Source of the DNA: Catajapyx aquilonaris
Taxonomy: Eukaryota
Assembly: GCA_000934665.2 (NCBI GenBank)
Contig: KZ538059.1
Span: forward strand, 1-64,000
Direction of reading: 5' to 3'
Length of the DNA: 64,000 bases
The translations under genes were made by a program, and so were the position numbers. This document shows, one piece after another, positions 52,521 to 64,000 of the stretch. The first letter of the stretch is position 1; every line of letters begins with the position of its first letter. Below the pieces are notes generated by a model. It ran no database searches, was not told the origin of the DNA, and saw nothing but the letters and a program-made list of their open reading frames with translations.

Positions 52521-54697
52521 GCCTCTTCATTTTCGGGCTTTACTCACATTTCAGAGGTATATAATTCCTCAAATAGGCGGATGTGTTTTTTCAATAGTAT
52601 TTCTGGGGAGGAAAACGTTTAGGTGCGTTGTTTTTTAAAGATTTTGTATACATGCAGGTGATACTCTATAAATTGATCAAATTTATGCAGTTAGGTCACG
52701 TAAGCACTTACGTAAATTCGGATGTTTACCAATTTGTGTTAGTGAAACTTGGGCGAAATAAACGTTTTGTACAGTGCCTGTTACGGGAGCCAAACTTCAG
52801 GTTTGTACAGTACTGTTGCTGAATTCCAATAGAGTGTCGGATACCATTTGAGACACTGTAATCGATTTTGTGATAGCCTACCATTTACACTACACATAAA
52901 CAAGATTATTGTCATTAATATAAAATAATGAATGCCGATCGTGATGATGAGTTTGAAAAATGGTCATATTTATTTATTATATTTGATTCAACATAGACGC
53001 ATTAGGTTTGGGCACTGCCTACAGTTGTGTTGACAGTCATATACATATTTTGTAACACAAGCGAACTTGGCAATTTACACAACGCCAGACGGATTCCAGT
53101 CTATTTTTATACCCACAGCAATGCACTGCAGCATTGTATTGTGTTATCGCCCAGTCATATGCACCCGGAGCACAGAGTAAGGTCGCTGGGTTTTGATTTA
53201 CCAAAATCGACCAGAACAGTAGTTAGACGCTACCCAACCCTCCAGCCAAAATTCGACACCTATTTACATTCTGCGTGTGGGAGCAATGGCCTGGGTAAAT
53301 ATTGCTCTCTTGGTAATTAATTAATAACATTATGCATTCAGCTTTCCTCGGTTTTGACATGAATCTTCTTTGGGCGTATTGACACCTCTTTCCAATTATT
53401 TCATTCATGGGTGTTGCAACACGTATGTACACGTGTTCCAACATCGGCCTGCAGGCGTCGGGTTTATTATCAAATATTTGGCTCGACTTCCGAATATGAG
53501 AGGCAGCCACTGGACACCTATAGCCGAGTTAAAGTGGTGCAAAGGGATACACTCTTATGTCCGGTCGATTTTGGACCCAGAAGTTGACAAAAAAAATCGC
53601 AAATATTTTTGGCACTTGTAATCAAGAAAGTTGATCTGAATGGACATATATAGCTTCCTTCCTTATATGAACGATCGCAATTAATGCAGGTTTGTAATTC
53701 AAAACGGCACGGATAGATGAGTTTTGTATGGACGCAAGATCCCCAGCTGATTACATCCGTAATGTGCCACCTTATTATTTAGTAATGAGGAGGAAGTGTA
53801 CACAGAAGCGCGGAGCACAAGTGAATGCACCAACGAATCTATATATGTAGGCGGATGCGGAAAGCGGAATAGAAACAAATTAGCCTTTCGTGTTCATTTT
53901 TGTTTGGTAGCGCAAATGCAAATGCAGGGAGATAAGCATACACCAGGCTTTTCAAATAAATGAGGAGCGTGAGCCGCAATAAGGGGCAATTATTCAATGG
54001 CGCAGGATGGCCAGTGCACTGGACCAGCTTGTATTAATCAGCGTGTTTCCACCCCGCAGTTTTTCGCGCAATCCGTTCCTGGTGCTCGTTTTGGAAACAA
54101 GCTGCTGTCAGTTGGGCATATAATCTCTCCACCCCCCCCCCCCCCTATATTCCCTCCCACCTATATTTTTTTTTGAGGGGTGGGTGGGGGTGTTCCTCAT
54201 TTGAGTATAAAATATGATGAAAGGCATGATACACGCGAGCCAAGAGGCGTATCGAGTGGTGGGAAGATCCAATGAGTGTTCCCGCGAGAACTTTTCTGCT
54301 CAATTAACATGGCGGCGAGTCGGATGGCACAGCCCACATTTTGTTCGTTTCGTCTCGTTTCACACCCGAGCGAGCTGTCTCATCCCGTCTGGGGTTTTCT
54401 GCCGGCGAACGAAAACCTGCGGAGACAGTCTCTTCCTTCACTAGGCCCGTTCCTGTCCTTGCGGGACTTAGCCACAATTGCCTTTGCGGAACCGGCTCGG
54501 ATCGGCAAATTTCCCTGCTCTATTACCTAGACTCGATTCAGATTAAATACGCTCGGCTGGTTAATGATGACGTTTTGCAGATTCTAACACGGAAAAACTT
54601 TCAGTCGTTTCTAAACTGTCTCGTGTGACCAAAACCTGGCCTACAGCCTGGATGTCTTCCATTTGGAAGACGACTGCATCAGCAAAAAAAATGTATA

Positions 54698-54860
54698 AGG
54701 TGAAGTGGGGGAAGTGCACACCCGGGGTAAGTGCACATATTGTGCCGCCATATTGGAATGAAAATGGCTGACGCGTTTTGGTGTCGTCAGCCATTTTCAT
54801 TCCAATATGGCGGCACAATATGTGCACTTACCCCGGGTGTGCACTTCCCCCACTCCACCT
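54698..54860. mobile_element. Fold-back MITE (pogo-like termini): 76-bp arms, 11-nt spacer, probable TA target duplication
   Basis: 54696-54773 (including the flanking TA) is the reverse complement of 54785-54862 with one mismatch. Each arm has two GGGG(G/T)AAGTGCACA subterminal repeats. Confidence 0.85.
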
Positions 54861-56499
54861 TAAGTTAACTGAAATATGTGATAAGGTTCAGTTTGTTGGT
54901 CCAGATCCAATTGACATTTGTAGGTGAAGACCACAAAAAACTAGACCTTATCACACATACCGATTCTGCTCGGACCCTCAAAGTTCGCATAATCATTATG
55001 TTGTTTGCAGCCACCCTGTGTGCATCATCCAGCGAATTAAAAAAAAGCGCAACCCTGCACTGCGCTGGTGTGAACCATAGAAACTAAGGCGGAGTAAGCG
55101 CATGCGTAAGAGGTTGAACTGTATCAGTAGCTGAATGATGTAATTGAGCATCTTACATCTGAAGCACTCAGGCAGCTAGAAGTTTTGCGACTGGGACCGG
55201 AAAAGGCGACCCTTAATGAAACCTCCCCGGAGGCACCTCCCCCAAAAGCTAACAACCCTGCGCTACGCTACCAAATAGCCCGGCACACACTCAGCTCTCT
55301 CCCATTTTAAAACATTAGCCTGCAAATTAGGCGTAGCCTACTACCTGGGCCATTAATGCAGCTGGAGAGAGAAGTAGGGGTTGAAAGGTCCGCATATATA
55401 CTGTTAATTACGGTCTCAAGGCGTTAAGTGAAGCAACCTGGACAGTAGTGTACACTGTCATTACCTGATCGTTAGAGCCCGAACTATAAAGTTGTCGACT
55501 CATTCTAGGGTGAGATAATTTCATTGCCGGTACCCTTGCAATCCTGAGGTATGGCACATAAGATCCCACAGGTACTGTGCTATACTGTACACGCAAATTG
55601 CTTCTCACTCCAGCCCACTTGCCCTAGGCTTCAACAGTATCGATCATAAAATCTGGATCTACTCCCCGTCTGGACATTTATGGGCATCCTAGTACTGTCG
55701 GAGACTGTATTATCTGGAAGGTCATCGGGTTCGGATTTCTGTAGCTGCAGGGTACTTATTCCCTATCGGTTAGTATGTGACCAACATTTCGTTGCTTTCA
55801 AGTCGACTAGCTGGGCACAGGTTGATCCAAAGTGGATTTTGGGGGCTCTGCATGGATATATACTGTATACACAAACAGCTGCGGAGCATAACGACCTGGT
55901 GCTAATGATACCCGAAATGAAAATTGAGTATTGCATTGTTATACTGTTTTACTTTGTAGGGCTGAGTGTATAGCCATGAACTAAAATTAGATTTTAGTCC
56001 TATTCAGTGAAGCCAGAGGAAATGATGAATTTGCTTTTTTAGCTTAACAAATGGCGTTATTTTCATAATTGAAAAATGGCAGCTATAATTACATGAAGCA
56101 TTGCAAATTATATTAAACCGTGTGACGGAATGATGATTTTTGTAATCTACAACACCATGTGAAAGTTGTAATATAACATAGAATTATGAGAAAAAATAGC
56201 ACCAACAGAAAGGTATATCTTTCACAGTAAAAAAATTCGCCATGCCACTTTTAAATTTCAGTGTTCATTCTGAATTCTGCAAAAACTTCACACCTATTTT
56301 TGTAGGAGAAAAAACAGATCTTTTTTTTCTTTTGAAATACCAGTGTTGTAATTTGGCTTTGATAATAGCGCACATATTCACTTTGACCTTGCCAAACAAA
56401 AAAATATTACCCAGTGTAGCCAGTAGGGACAAATTTCCAGACCATAAATTATTCACCTAGTTTTGCCTTCTCTTGTTCATTTCTGGCGAGGAGAAAATT

Positions 56500-56770
56500 A
56501 CCTCCCGTAATCCTCTCGAGATGGATCCACATCTATAGGTATGCAACATACATAGGAGCTCATACATAGAACAGGGCCCCGCACCGAAGTAGAGCACTTT
56601 GGATGACTTTTCTCCCCGGGAACGTGCTCCCAGCAGCTGAGAATGTCCATATCATTTTTTTCCAAACGATCTGTTTGGCAGATGGAATTTTTTAAGCCGG
56701 CCAAATTGCGCCGAATGGTGGTTTTTTGTGGGTGTGGGGACTTTCCCCATAAAGTGGAAGGTCGCATTGT
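56500..56770 (-). mobile_element. Eroded LINE apurinic-like endonuclease N-terminus
   Basis: IRRNLAGLKNS...LEKNDMDILSCWEH resembles xWNVxGLxNK...LxxxDIDIxxLQE. Confidence 0.33.
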
Positions 56771-58392
56771 GGCGAAAAGGAGACGCTGTAGTTTCCCAAG
56801 TGCTGAAGTCCGCCCTCCCTTCTACCCCCCACCCCCTTCCAACTGCTTCCAGTCCTCATAACTCCAATGCCAAAAGCACACTCCAGCGGTTTGACCGCAT
56901 CCCACCCCCACTGCTATTAGAAACACTTCAGATGCTCATAAAGGGGGACACTTTATGAGCAGGAAAGATGGCCAGATTGATTTTAAAGGGGGAAGGTACT
57001 CTCTCTGCCCCCCGCCCTGTTGGATAATTCGGACCAGCTGCCCTTTTCTCTTGGACGCCATATTTTTTCTCTCTGTATGTGGTCCTCCAAGCTGAGTGTG
57101 TTAAAAATTCATTTTGAAGAGTGTCATTTTGCCTCCATGGCACTGTGTTGTGTGCTGGCAGGGATGCATGGGTAAAGGAATGGGGGTTACCAAATGTAGC
57201 TTATTTGTTCTCGGAATGGCAGTGATTCATGATGATTTAATGATTCTCGGTGTAGTCTAAAAAGTGAAATGTATTTAAACCAATATTCCAGGATATTCAA
57301 TAGTAATTACTGCGTTTTGTCTGCTTTATAGGGCACAATCAGTCCCATTCTTAGGTGATCTGTTAAAATTCCTGAGTATTCTTAATTTATTGATATCTGA
57401 AGCACTGGATAATAGGTATACTGCGTCACAGGAAGGTATTAATAATTTGTAGACTTTAAGTAGGTTCAGTATTGCATAGTCATTTAATGTAAGTGAGGTT
57501 ACAATGAAACAGTGGGGATTATTTCACTGTGCCTGCTTCAGGTGTTTAATACTTATGCAGCCTTGGAATACTGCTAATAACAACCGTTATTCCGCCTCCT
57601 GAGAGCACGTAAATGTTGTAATTATTATAGTGCCTGTGCTCTCAGGAACTGCTAGTGAATGAACTACAAATTATTTGCAGTTAATAGAGGGTCCTATTTA
57701 ATATTTATGAAAAATACAGCCCCTTGTTATGCGAAATCCATCCATCGATAAAACCAGGTTGTAGTTGTTACTGGTTTCTCTTTATTGAGGGACTAAAATG
57801 ATCGCATTTTCTTTGTTGACAGGTTGCACTAAATCAGACAAAAATACACGGAAAATCTTGGGAACTTCGGTTACGATTGGTTATCACACAATCAGTCTTT
57901 CAAGTTGCACATCCTATAAAAGTGCACATTATTATTAACCTGTAATATGCCGTGCCGTGTTTGATGTATGGGTAAAAAACCGGGATGTATAATTATGCAA
58001 CAAATTCATTAAGTGCCCCACTGCTCTTTACATAATGCAGGTCAAGTCCCTAAAAGTAACTAAATTTCCAGCATGCACTTTTCCGTAAAAAAATTCATTA
58101 GACCATATTTTTGTGCAAATTTACATATGACATTATGAATATTGATGTACACTGCAGTATTCAGAAACAATGGTTTTAATTTTTATATAAATAATGCTAT
58201 TGGTATTAGCCAATGCATAGTACGGCCTTGATGGTACCAGCCTCTCACCGTAGCCGAGTTTGCATGAAGCTTGAGAAACTCTAGTATTTCCAATCTGAAG
58301 TCGACGAAACCCGAGCTCAGTGTCCACTATGTCTTAGGAGAAAGTTGAAGTGATTCCGTGTCTGCCTCCATTCGAACCCGTCTTGAGTCCTT

Positions 58393-58665
58393 TTAAAGGG
58401 GGGGCTTGGAAATAGCAGAGGTGCCGGTACAAATCACGCTATTCTCCTTGATTGATTGCTTCCGCGAAGAGGTCAGGTTAATTTCTCCGGGTCTAGAATT
58501 CCGTCCGAATCCCAACAACTCAAGCTTGGAGTGCCAACTCCTATTTCGATTATGGCAACAGTAGTTGCAAACCGAGCGTCTTTGACCCCGGGATTGACCC
58601 AAATCCTCAACCCTTTTCAACTGAGAGTGATTCATATCGACGCTTTTCTTTCCCCTCGCCGCCAT
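58393..58665 (-). mobile_element. Possible eroded Tc1/mariner N-terminal DNA-binding region
   Basis: RVEDLGQSRGQRRSV ... NRNRSWHSKLELLGFGRNS resembles SVxDxPRSGRPRS...NPxxSxRxLAxELGISRxS. Confidence 0.22.
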
Positions 58666-59222
58666 GTAAACAGGCTTTCACCTCCCAAAATCCCCTTCCG
58701 CCATATTAGATTACGACAAGACATTAACGAGGGCCAATTTTGAGGCAGACTTTCCAAGTAACAGAATGAAGAACTTTGTGAGCCCCCTCAAACACCCGAG
58801 CTGAATTATTAAAAGATGACACGAAAACAAGTTAGTCAGCTATTCATCTCTCGCAGGCCGCTGGATTTATTAGGAATGAGATGCAAATTTTCCTGCACGT
58901 TACAAAAAAACCGGCCCTTTATAAGCTCCAGGCCCCCTTTTGAATCGAGGTACAGTATAAATAATTACAACAATTACAGCCCCCCCCCCCTCCCCATAGT
59001 TGGTACGTTGACTATTAATTTTCCTTCACGCCCACAAGGCCCACTGTCGTCACATGAGGCCACCAGAACCCTACCCGCACCTCATTGAGGGACTTCAACA
59101 CACAATTGTCTATATGTCATCCTAGGAAAGGCTTCGGTGCCACGCGACGCCTTGGTAACCCTAACTTACTTCTGCCCAGTTGCTGGAAATTTATCGTGAA
59201 TTTATAGGAACTGGTTCGGTTC

Positions 59223-59513
59223 ACCGAAGCAGTTTGGTGGAGTGGCTATAGGGAACGACTGCTAATCGGGAGGCCCTGGGTTCTAGCCCCGGGGCCGGCA
59301 ACTCTAACCGTGGTTTTCTGTGGTTTCCCACGGTCCCTCCAGGAGAATTCCGGAGTTGTTTCCTAAATTAATAGGCCACAGCCGCCTCCTTCCTTCCCTA
59401 TCCTATCCCAAAAAGGAAAGTAAAAATGTACACAAGAGTTCCAGACAAAACAAAAATCCCCCCCTAAAGAGCCGAAAAAGGCTGATAACGGGGTAAGATA
59501 TTATTATATTATA
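59223..59513 (+). mobile_element. tRNA-derived SINE, copy 2
   Basis: Same family as 39354-39658. A box tggtggagtgg; degenerate B box ggttctagccc; TTA/TTATA tail; 21-bp TSD ttataggaactggttcggttc at 59202-59222 and 59514-59534. Confidence 0.95.
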
Positions 59514-61345
59514 TTATAGGAACTGGTTCGGTTCAGAATATTCGCCTGTACAAACTTGCACATAATGATTCAGTGATTGTATTATATTGCATAAATGTGA
59601 AAAAGAATGAAATGTAAATTCAAGAATTAAAAGATTATTTGCGTTGGAGCATCACTGGTTTACAGTAAACACGTTGGAGCTCCTCAAGCTTCATATTTTT
59701 GCTCGTAACTGTACAGTGTAGCAGTTTTAATATGGAACTATGTAAACAGCTAGTGGCAAGCATAATTTTGCTAAACATGTACCGTACATTCTGAATATGA
59801 GGAGCTGGAAGCATAAGCAAGCCGTAGGCTATATAGAAGTGGATTTAGAGAAAAATATGGAGGCTTATCAACACAAAATGCTATATCCGGAGGGTAGGAG
59901 CAACTTTGTTGCAACATTTAAAGTCATCGCTTGCATCTCGATATAGAAACTGCTGCAGTTCATACCTTTTATAAATATTTAGCCTACCTTTTATTATTCC
60001 GGGCTTTTGTCATAGCGCGAGATAACAGTATGCGAGGTTTGAATGATGAATAGCAATCTGGATCATTGCAACATTTTGAACCAATATTTTTCACTGTAGC
60101 TTGACGAGTGTATTGTCAATTGGGAGCTTTTAACAATATTGAAGGACAGAAAAATGTGATCTATATAGAGAGCAGCACTGTATGACGAATAAATGCAGTA
60201 TAGTTGCACATTTCATTTCCCGCTATTTATGGCTGAACGCCGTAGCATATTCCGAGGTACTATCCTGTAAGAGACTCTGTAGGCCCCAGAAAATGTACTC
60301 CATCGGCAGTTGGTTTTTGTTTTCTGTAAAAACAAGCCTGCGGGCTTCATTTCCCGCCCAACGGATCCTTTCCCATCATGTACGGACCAGAATAAATAAT
60401 GACGAAACACTGTATTTGCTGACCTCCATCTTGAGTTGTTCTTCTTGCCTGCTGCCAACTTACGAGTAATACGCTCGAAACAAAAGAAAAATGTGAAGAA
60501 GCACATGCTTTGTCCTGCCGCTAAAACATTTCTCTTGACGAGTCCGAATCGGTCAATAAAGTAAACACTGATGAGTGTATGGTGGCAGGAGGAGCTAAAA
60601 AAAAAAGAAATATCGCAAGTTCCTTCAGAAACAGCGATGTTCAAAATCTCTCCCAATGTTCCTTTCCTCTCTTTCTCCAAAGATCGAAGGCTTGGAAACC
60701 ATTAGAGTGGAGCTTATGCGCCGCCCTCAGAACCCAATCCCCAGGAGGAAGCTTTATACTGTGAAAACAAAGAAATTCTCCAAGAGAGCAAACGCTTCCC
60801 CCCTCCCCTCCCCCCACCTTATCCCCCCATGGCCCCCACCCCCCGGAAGTGATGGCTAATCCTCCCTCCAGGTTTTCAAGGGGGTCAGAGAGGGAGAAAG
60901 CAGTTTGTTTCGTTAGAGTCCAACATCCCTGAGTGCTTCTTACACCCGGAGTCTTAATCTTCCACAACTATGTGGACAAGACAGTGTCGGAATATACTCA
61001 GGATTTTTTGAACTATAGTATTAAATGGAGTGGTTACATTTTATGCGGGCTGTTTTTAAGTGGGAAAAAACGTATTTTTTCACATACCAAGTGGAAACTA
61101 AATGAGAGTGTAGTGCTAAACATTTTGAATAATCTTATTAATACTCCAAAATGTTGGATATGATTAAAAAATCATGATGTCAATGCAACGAATCCTGTGT
61201 ATGACAATTCATTCCTGTCCAGAACAAAAAAAAAACACAATGTTGTAGAAATGTAGAACGAAGGACACCGCTATCGCACTCAGTTATCGCTGTGGGTACT
61301 CTGGAGTGGGTTGTATTGAGATAAGTGGGGCCTGGCTAAGTTGTA

Positions 61346-61487
61346 TTCAACAGTTCAAAAAGAATTGTCCCTCGCGTCGAGCGGGCAGCCACGCGTCAGG
61401 ATGAAAGCAACCAGTTAACTGGTTCCTTTCATCCTGACGCGTGGCTGCCCGCTCGACGCGAGGGACAATTCTTTTTGGACTGATGAG
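61346..61487. repeat. Spacerless palindrome, 142 bp, TA-flanked (MITE or inverted retroelement end)
   Basis: Symmetric about gtt|aac (61416/61417). Core 61351-61482 has 2 mismatched pairs and the outer 5 bp have 2 more. TA at 61344-61345 and 61488-61489. Confidence 0.92.
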
Positions 61488-62189
61488 TACCTGCCTTAAG
61501 TCTCGGGGTAGAAAATAACTGTCGTGTCCATTTACGTTACATTTACGAGTACAAGGCTACCAGAAATTATTTGCAACATAGCACATACATATAATTAATG
61601 TATCGCTATAGGCTCTATGAGGGCATGTCACATCTGCACATGACATGCAAACACGTGCTCTGCACTAAATGTGTAACAACCAGCGATACCTATCACTAAA
61701 CCCATGGTATGTGCAAATACACATTGGTGCATAAGTAATTCTAGCTCTATTTTGTGACACCAAATGTGTAAAAGTATGCAGTAAATGCATATTATTACAC
61801 ACCACGTGTGTAAGAATAGTCTACACTAGTGTGGTTGTATGTTACATATGCATGCTACGTTAAATTTCTGTCACTTTTTAAATAGGAATTACTCAACATA
61901 TTGCAAGCAAATTTCACCAACTCCATTTGATATTTGGAAGATAAGTCCATAGTTTCATACAGTCATAGTCCACAGAGTTTCGTTTTGATAGCACAGTTCT
62001 GAAATTATGCAAGCTAGGCTGTGGATCTTATTGATCAGAATCTGGGGATTTGGGATCTGGCTTGCTTCCTCGGCCTTTTTTCTATCCCTGGCAACGTTGG
62101 CCACTATCACATCTCGTCTTTTTTTGAGAGTCCCGGGTATCCCATCTTGGGTGAGACTTCCGACAAGCGGGTGGAGACCCTTTTTCCTC

Positions 62190-62338
62190 TTCTCGAAATC
62201 AAATCCGCGAGTCCGGCCATCCTCTTACAGCCTCGTTTCCGTGTCTTCTTTTGGCCGGACAGGAAAGGGGCTCAGGGGAAGGAGATTTGGACCACTTCCA
62301 CGGACTGGGGCTGGGAAAAAGGAGAAGGACAGGTGTGA
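62190..62338 (+). mobile_element. Possible eroded fragment of an invertebrate transposase-like protein (LPPT...H..R...DWGW type)
   Basis: SASPAILLQPRFRVFFW...TSTDWGWEKGEG resembles LPPTxxALxQHxxRVxxQ...PxDWGWxxxxG. Confidence 0.28.
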
Positions 62339-63092
62339 AAGAGGACACGTCTTTCCGCCGGGGAGAACGCCAAAATTGAAAATTCGCCAAGACTAGGAAC
62401 ATTCCAACTTCCTGATACCAACTTTGGGATGGGCCAGCCAGTTCTGGCTGGAGCGGCGTCACATCACTTTTTGGACATCATAACCGGGCCAAATTAATTA
62501 TTATCGGGAATTATTTTGAGCAGCATTATGCCTTTACTGCATTTCAACTGGAAACAATCCTAATTGGATTGTTGGTGCATGCATGTAATTAAAATGAATT
62601 CCAACGGGATTGTGAAAACGGCTGCCATTATGCGTACAATCTACAGCATACTTTGTACGGTAATTTGTTGACAGTTACCTTTTGGGCCAGCAACTATGTC
62701 ATTTCCAGACTCAGGTCTATTGCCCATCGAGCAATTTCCCTATTGACATTAGTCGCATGACTGAACCCGTCCATGCACAGATTGTTATTGGCATGTTGCA
62801 CCTGTATTTCACGGTTAGCTGCTTCAAAGCAAAGCAGTCAGTGTAGGCGTAATTAAATTACAAAGTTCTTGTCAAGGGCCTTTCACACTATGCAATATTG
62901 TTGTGTCGTTGACTCTACGTGTACTCGACTCATTATGGAACAAATGAAATCAAATCCCTCTTGATATTATATGAGTAGTAATATATTATAATAATAAAAT
63001 GCTGTACATAGTATAATCCCAAGATGTTCTGGTACACGTGTATCCATCGGGCTAATAAATAATATAACTAATAAAATAATTTTTATTTTCAG

Positions 63093-63298
63093 AAGCGTCA
63101 GCACTGCGATTGGTTGACGTCCGGATCCCACCACACGTGGTCAGAGGTCAAACTGCCAAGCTGGAATGCCACTACGAACTGGAGGGCGAGGTCCTTTACT
63201 CAGTCAAGTGGTACCGGAACGGCAACGAGTTCTTCCGATACCTTCCGGGAGAGGTGCCACCAGCTAAAGTCTTCCCTCTCAAGGGAGTCAATGTCGAC
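63093..63298 (+). CDS. beat: Internal coding exon of a Beat (beaten path)-family Ig-superfamily gene; N-terminal part of Ig domain 1
   Basis: Acceptor ttttattttcag at 63081-63092 and donor GTAAGC at 63299; phase 1 in, phase 0 out. Translation ASALRLVDVRIPPHVVRGQTAKLECHYELEGEVLYSVKWYRNGNEFFRYLPGEVPPAKVFPLKGVNVD contains the Beat signature LxCxYxLExxxLYSVKWYxxxxEFFRYxP...FxxxGxxVD. The paralog cannot be assigned. Confidence 0.93.
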
Positions 63299-63626
63299 GT
63301 AAGCGCACATTTTCTTCCCTCTTCCGCTCTTAAAAAAGTCGGCTATTGTAAATAAGTAGGAGTGCAAAGTTGTCAACGGCCGCCACTAACGTGCCAAGTT
63401 TTCCCCCTGTAGTCAAACGAGGTCGGAATGACGAGGTTGTTAGTGTAGAGGGGTGAGAAATTAGCGCGTTAAAAAACATCGAGGTTTACTTCTGCAAAGC
63501 ACTTGCGGCATGAGTTTTTGCTTAATTTATGGCTTTATATTGCAGTGGCATTGTAGCAAGGTTAATGAGGGTTGTTAAAAATTGACGCCGTGCTCCCGTA
63601 GCTGTGAGAAAGAGACTAAAAGAATA

Positions 63627-63938
63627 CAGGGTGTTTGTAATGCGAGCAAACTTGATGAGTTTCTGGACACTGTTGGATTATTTCATGCAGGTATTTAAAA
63701 TCTTAATGTAAAATTAAACATTAAATTTTAAATTACAAAATTATCATGTGACAGCATGTCGTCGAGCCAGTGTCTCAGCCCGTCTCTGAGACATAGGATG
63801 GGGTTTATTGCACTCTTTAATTAATTCTAATTATCGCTCTAATGAGACTGCAGAGACCAAATGATATCTTTAACTAAAGTAATCGTCTAGTGCCCAGAAT
63901 TTCGCTCGAGAAGTTTTAAATCATCAGTAAACACCCTG
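63627..63938. mobile_element. Older Tc1/mariner-type MITE in the intron after the Beat exon
   Basis: TA|cagggtgttt ... aaacaccctg|TA. Degenerate inverted similarity continues ~60 bp (aaactt, ttctgg(a/g)cact, gatta). Confidence 0.75.
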
Positions 63939-64000
63939 TATTCTGAAAACATCAGAATATTTTAATTAAACATATCGCGCGGCTGAGCGTGTCACCGGAC

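Noticed and set aside
53870..54060. Neural enhancer inferred from TAAT/ATGCAAAT-type motifs
   Set aside because: Such short motifs occur throughout the window and cannot be supported without conservation or chromatin data.
54761..54797. Hammerhead ribozyme on the minus strand (CTGACGA...AAACGCGTC)
   Set aside because: No stem II, no GAAA, and stem I is out of register. The resemblance follows from the palindrome itself.
63110..63355. Stand-alone 81-aa ORF starting MVDV
   Set aside because: The start is a TTG inside a spliced exon, and the tail after GVNVD is intron read-through past the GTAAGC donor.
1..64000. Prokaryotic operon, CRISPR array, prophage or intact autonomous transposon
   Set aside because: No long ORFs, no regularly spaced direct repeats, and no intact RT or transposase. 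The spliceosomal exon and SINEs indicate an animal genome.

Overview
This is eukaryotic, most likely arthropod, non-coding DNA. The only convincing host-gene sequence is one spliced exon (63093-63298, +) encoding the first Ig domain of a Beat (beaten path)-family protein. The preceding ~63 kb is therefore probably a very long intron or upstream region. It contains: (i) two copies of a ~300-bp tRNA-derived SINE with 15- and 21-bp target-site duplications, whose central domain can fold into a three-way junction plus pseudoknot and shows one compensatory base-pair change between copies; (ii) several TA-flanked Tc1/mariner/pogo-type MITEs; (iii) near-perfect fold-back palindromes of 64-167 bp; (iv) tandem copies of a non-autonomous element carrying CCTAA/CCCTA repeats at the window start; (v) many heavily eroded fragments resembling LINE reverse transcriptase, endonuclease and RNase H, Penelope RT, and transposases; (vi) an 85-N gap. 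The fossil assignments rest on motif resemblance judged by eye and are low to moderate confidence. Almost all ORFs in the supplied track are not genes.
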